This document shows, in pieces, positions 60,621-64,000 of a stretch of 64,000 nucleotides of DNA. The notes under the pieces are model-generated. The model worked only from the letters and a program-made list of their open reading frames with translations, was not told where the DNA came from and did no database searches. Each line of letters begins with the position of its first letter. Positions within the stretch are counted from its first letter, which is position 1. Origin of the DNA: the human T2T-CHM13v2.0 reference genome, Homo sapiens; NCBI RefSeq assembly GCF_009914755.1, contig NC_060938.1; one strand, given 5' to 3'. The position numbers and the translations under genes were made by a program.

Positions 60621-63113
60621 TCTATATAATCTACTTGAGACTAAATTATGACATAATCTATCTTTAATATCTGTGATATCCGTGATATTTCCTGAAACTT
60701 TTAAAAAAATACAAGTAGAGAAATACAAGTATCAACTTTTTCTCTTTCCAGACTCATGTTTGTATTGAAAGTTACTTGCATCTATGCAGATTTTCAAATC
60801 TTGAAGTAATCATTTTTTAATTTTAACTAGTTATATATTTTTTTCCTGGCCATTTATCACTATAATTATATCAGTTATAAAGAATAATAACAAAACAAGA
60901 TTGAGATCCAAATGCTAAGTGGCTGACTTAGCTCACTTACGTCCTGTGTGTCAGACCTAGCACAGCAGCCTTACCAAAAACATACTTGAAATTCACTTAT
61001 CGGCAAAATGACAAGTCAGTATATATTATGTGCTTTTAGCAGCAATCACACAAATTATTTAAAGTCTGAATACTAAATTCATGTGCCAGGGATCTGGAAT
61101 AGCCCTTGATAAGAACTTTTGATTCTGATTTTTTAAAAATGTTTAAATTATTAGTAGGGAATTTTAATATTAGACTAAATACAATTATCTTAAACCTTTC
61201 CTATTGAAAGCTGTTAATTTAAAACGTTTGAACTCTTCATCTTCCTCTCCTTAAAGTAATGCTTTACATTGCAATGCCTGAAGACAGCCTTAAATATTAC
61301 ATAGAAATTCCATACACATTTTTTGTGTGTGTTGATTATTTGGAATATACAGACTAGGTAACCTACTGTTATTTCCTTCCTGGTCATATAAAATTCTTTG
61401 AAACTAAAAATAGAGATTTATAACCTTGGTAACTAAATGTCTTTTGTTGTTGCAAAGGTTCCAGAGGAATCTAACAGTCCAAATATTTAATTGTCCTGTA
61501 TCTGTTCACATTTTAAATCATCAAGGTTAACAAGGTAATTGTGAAGTTTATAAGCATTTTAATTGGATTTTATTGGGTAGCAGCCATAATTAGATCTTAC
61601 TTTGATTTTAGCTAAAAAGAATGGCAATAAAAGATAACATAAGATAAATATTTCTCACCACATATAACTTCCTTAGAAATCGTATTTAGCCAACCAATTA
61701 CTGCTGGTTAAATGCCACTCATTTTCTTCAAATATTTTCACTATGATAATAAATAAATGTAAGAATTTTATTATCTTATACTTTTCTGTTAGGTTTTTCA
61801 ATTGAGATGAAAAGAAGTGTTTATCTTCACAATTCTTGTAGAGCAAACTTTTGTTAGGCAGCATCTTTGAAAATTGTTCATTTATTTTGAAGAAAAAAAG
61901 ATAAGAGATGAAAGTAGTTACCCTTCTTGAAACGTAAACCTAAGTGGATGTTAGTTGTTTGAGATACACTGAATTATATATAACTTAAAATTACTGTACC
62001 TTCCTGTTAACTGATACTATTTATGTCTAGAAATAGCTCTTTAATATATGTGTATATATTTTTTCTGTTAAAATACTAAGTTCTAAAAGTACTACTTTTC
62101 CATGAGTGTAGTAATTTTATCCAGTTGTGAAGTTTGGAACCATTTTGTGGCATATTTATTAGGTGTCTTCTATTATCTTTGGCTAGTATCCTATTTTATG
62201 GTAAATGTCAAATCACAGGAGCACAGAAACGGGGAAAACTTGAGAAAACAGAAACTTGGATATCTAAACTTTTTAGTATAATTTTAAAATAATTGAGATC
62301 CTTTCTAGAATCTATACCTTTTCACTAACATATATCACAAATTTTCTTTTAATTACTTTGAATGGTTGCCTAAATTATATTATAGACATTTTGTAGGTAA
62401 TTTAAAACTACTTTCTTTACCTTTACTGCATTTCTTTAATTTCTCAACATCAGCAAACATTTCAGTAGCCACTACGACTCTTAAAAGACAAAATGCATTT
62501 CTGAGGGGAGCCAGTTTTTATTTTTTGTCTTTATGTCGAATAATTCTACATATATTATGAAGAAGAAAATAACAGTCATCTAAAAATTGTGGTCAGCCTT
62601 CCTATGCATTTGTTTCATAATAACAAATAGGTAACAGCAAGAGATTTTTACTTCAAATTTAGTGTAATTATTTGTCATTGCTTTTAAGGGAACATAGTTA
62701 AACTTTGTAATAAAAATACTAGCCTTGTTTTACTTATGATGGTGTCCAAAAAAAGAGAGGAAATACAGTTTCTGATAAAAATGGAAAGTCCAGGAATAAA
62801 TATAATGATGAGAATGAGTGCTTTTATCACTGGGGAACTTTCTTCATCTAAGCACATATGAACAATTGATCCTTGTAGTCATATATAGCAGTAAACATTA
62901 ATAACTTAACAGTCTGAAGTCAGTGCAGAAGATATGGAGCATTATTGAAAGATGGAGTCGAGCAGGTGGCACTTTAATATGTTCAGTGTCATGGTTGACT
63001 CTAAAGACTAGTCGAATGAAATTACTTGAGGTTCTAAAGATTTAAAAAGCGAACTCATTTTGCTGCACTAAGGAAATGCTACTGATCAGGCTTTCTGTGT
63101 CCCTTTTTTCTAG

Positions 63114-63147
63114 GCTAGAAAATATTAACCCTGAAGAAAATGACATG
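63114..63147 (+). CDS. MIPOL1: MIPOL1 short coding exon (LENINPEENDM), 34 nt
   Basis: ccttttttctag|GCTAGAA...GACATG|gtaagc; completes the GTG Val codon and restores phase 0. Confidence 0.93.
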
Positions 63148-63406
63148 GTAAGCCATTCTCTGAGGAGATTTCTTGATGTCAGTCTTATATCTTAGAGGCT
63201 TAAGTTCAATTGAGTGGGTTTCAAGAACTAAGATGTGGGAAAAAGAAGAATTGACACACTAATAATGTACATCTTTGCTGCAATATGAAAATTCAATAAC
63301 TTCACTCAGTCAATTTACAATTCACATGTGCCTATTAATTAAAACCCTATATTAAATAAAATATATTAAAACTTCATGTCTGACTAACATATAATGGTGT
63401 TGGTAG

Positions 63407-63577
63407 ACATTACAGGAATTACTGAACAGAATAAACAATGCAGACACAGGGATAGCTATTCAGAAGAATGGAGCTATAATTGTGGATAGAATCTACAAGA
63501 CCAAGGAATGTAAAATGAGAATAACTGCAGAAGAAATGAGTGCACTAATAGAAGAACGGGATGCTGCCTTGTCTAAG
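63407..63577 (+). CDS. MIPOL1: MIPOL1 coding exon (TLQELLNRINNAD...EERDAALSK), 171 nt
   Basis: ggtgttggtag|ACATTACAG...TCTAAG|gtaact; 57 codons, open. Confidence 0.93.
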
Positions 63578-64000
63578 GTAACTCTGCATATATCTGTAAA
63601 AGCATATACTTACCATTTTCCTCTCTATTTTTTTAACCATTAAAAACTGACTTTGGCCCAGATATTCTTAATTCACATTAATTTTTAGCACATAATTAAT
63701 ACCACAGTGATTAGCTATATTAAAATAATTATGTATTTTATTATACTACTGTTCAAAATATGAAACCTCATTTTAAATAAAATTTAATGCAGTCTCATTT
63801 CTTAATAAAATTAAACTTGTTTTATTACAGACTAACTTGTTATAGAAATTGTTATATTTTTTCAACTAATCACTTTTATATGGGACTTCTTACTTAAATT
63901 ACAGTTTTCTGAAGGCTGAGACTATGTCTATATTACTGTTTTATTCCCAGTGCCTAATTCAGTACCTTTTAGTAAACCTTGATTAATGGATCAAAATTAT

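Overview
Human genomic DNA (AT-rich, with Alu, L1, MaLR/ERV1 LTR, MER and MIR repeats and a human-specific L1HS-Ta). The + strand carries an internal part of MIPOL1 (mirror-image polydactyly 1, a coiled-coil protein on 14q13-q21): one 5'UTR exon and seven coding exons (3307-3325, 22362-22593, 24082-24217, 25844-25949, 40736-40865, 63114-63147, 63407-63577). They splice GT-AG, in phase, into 276 codons ([15 protein letters not shown]...EERDAALSK). The promoter and 3' exons lie outside the window. I see no new multi-gene system. The most unusual structure is in the 22-kb intron. A full-length sense L1PA4-like element (48746-54878) has a mutated YY1 site and retains the ZNF93-bound segment. It lies tail-to-tail with a young antisense L1HS Ta-0 insertion (55810-57083). 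That insertion shows an apparent 95-nt 3' transduction with its own AATAAA and A-tail, a 20-nt inverted duplication at its 5' junction, no convincing TSD, and possibly a target-site deletion. Repeat boundaries and subfamily calls are by eye from remembered consensus sequences and are approximate.
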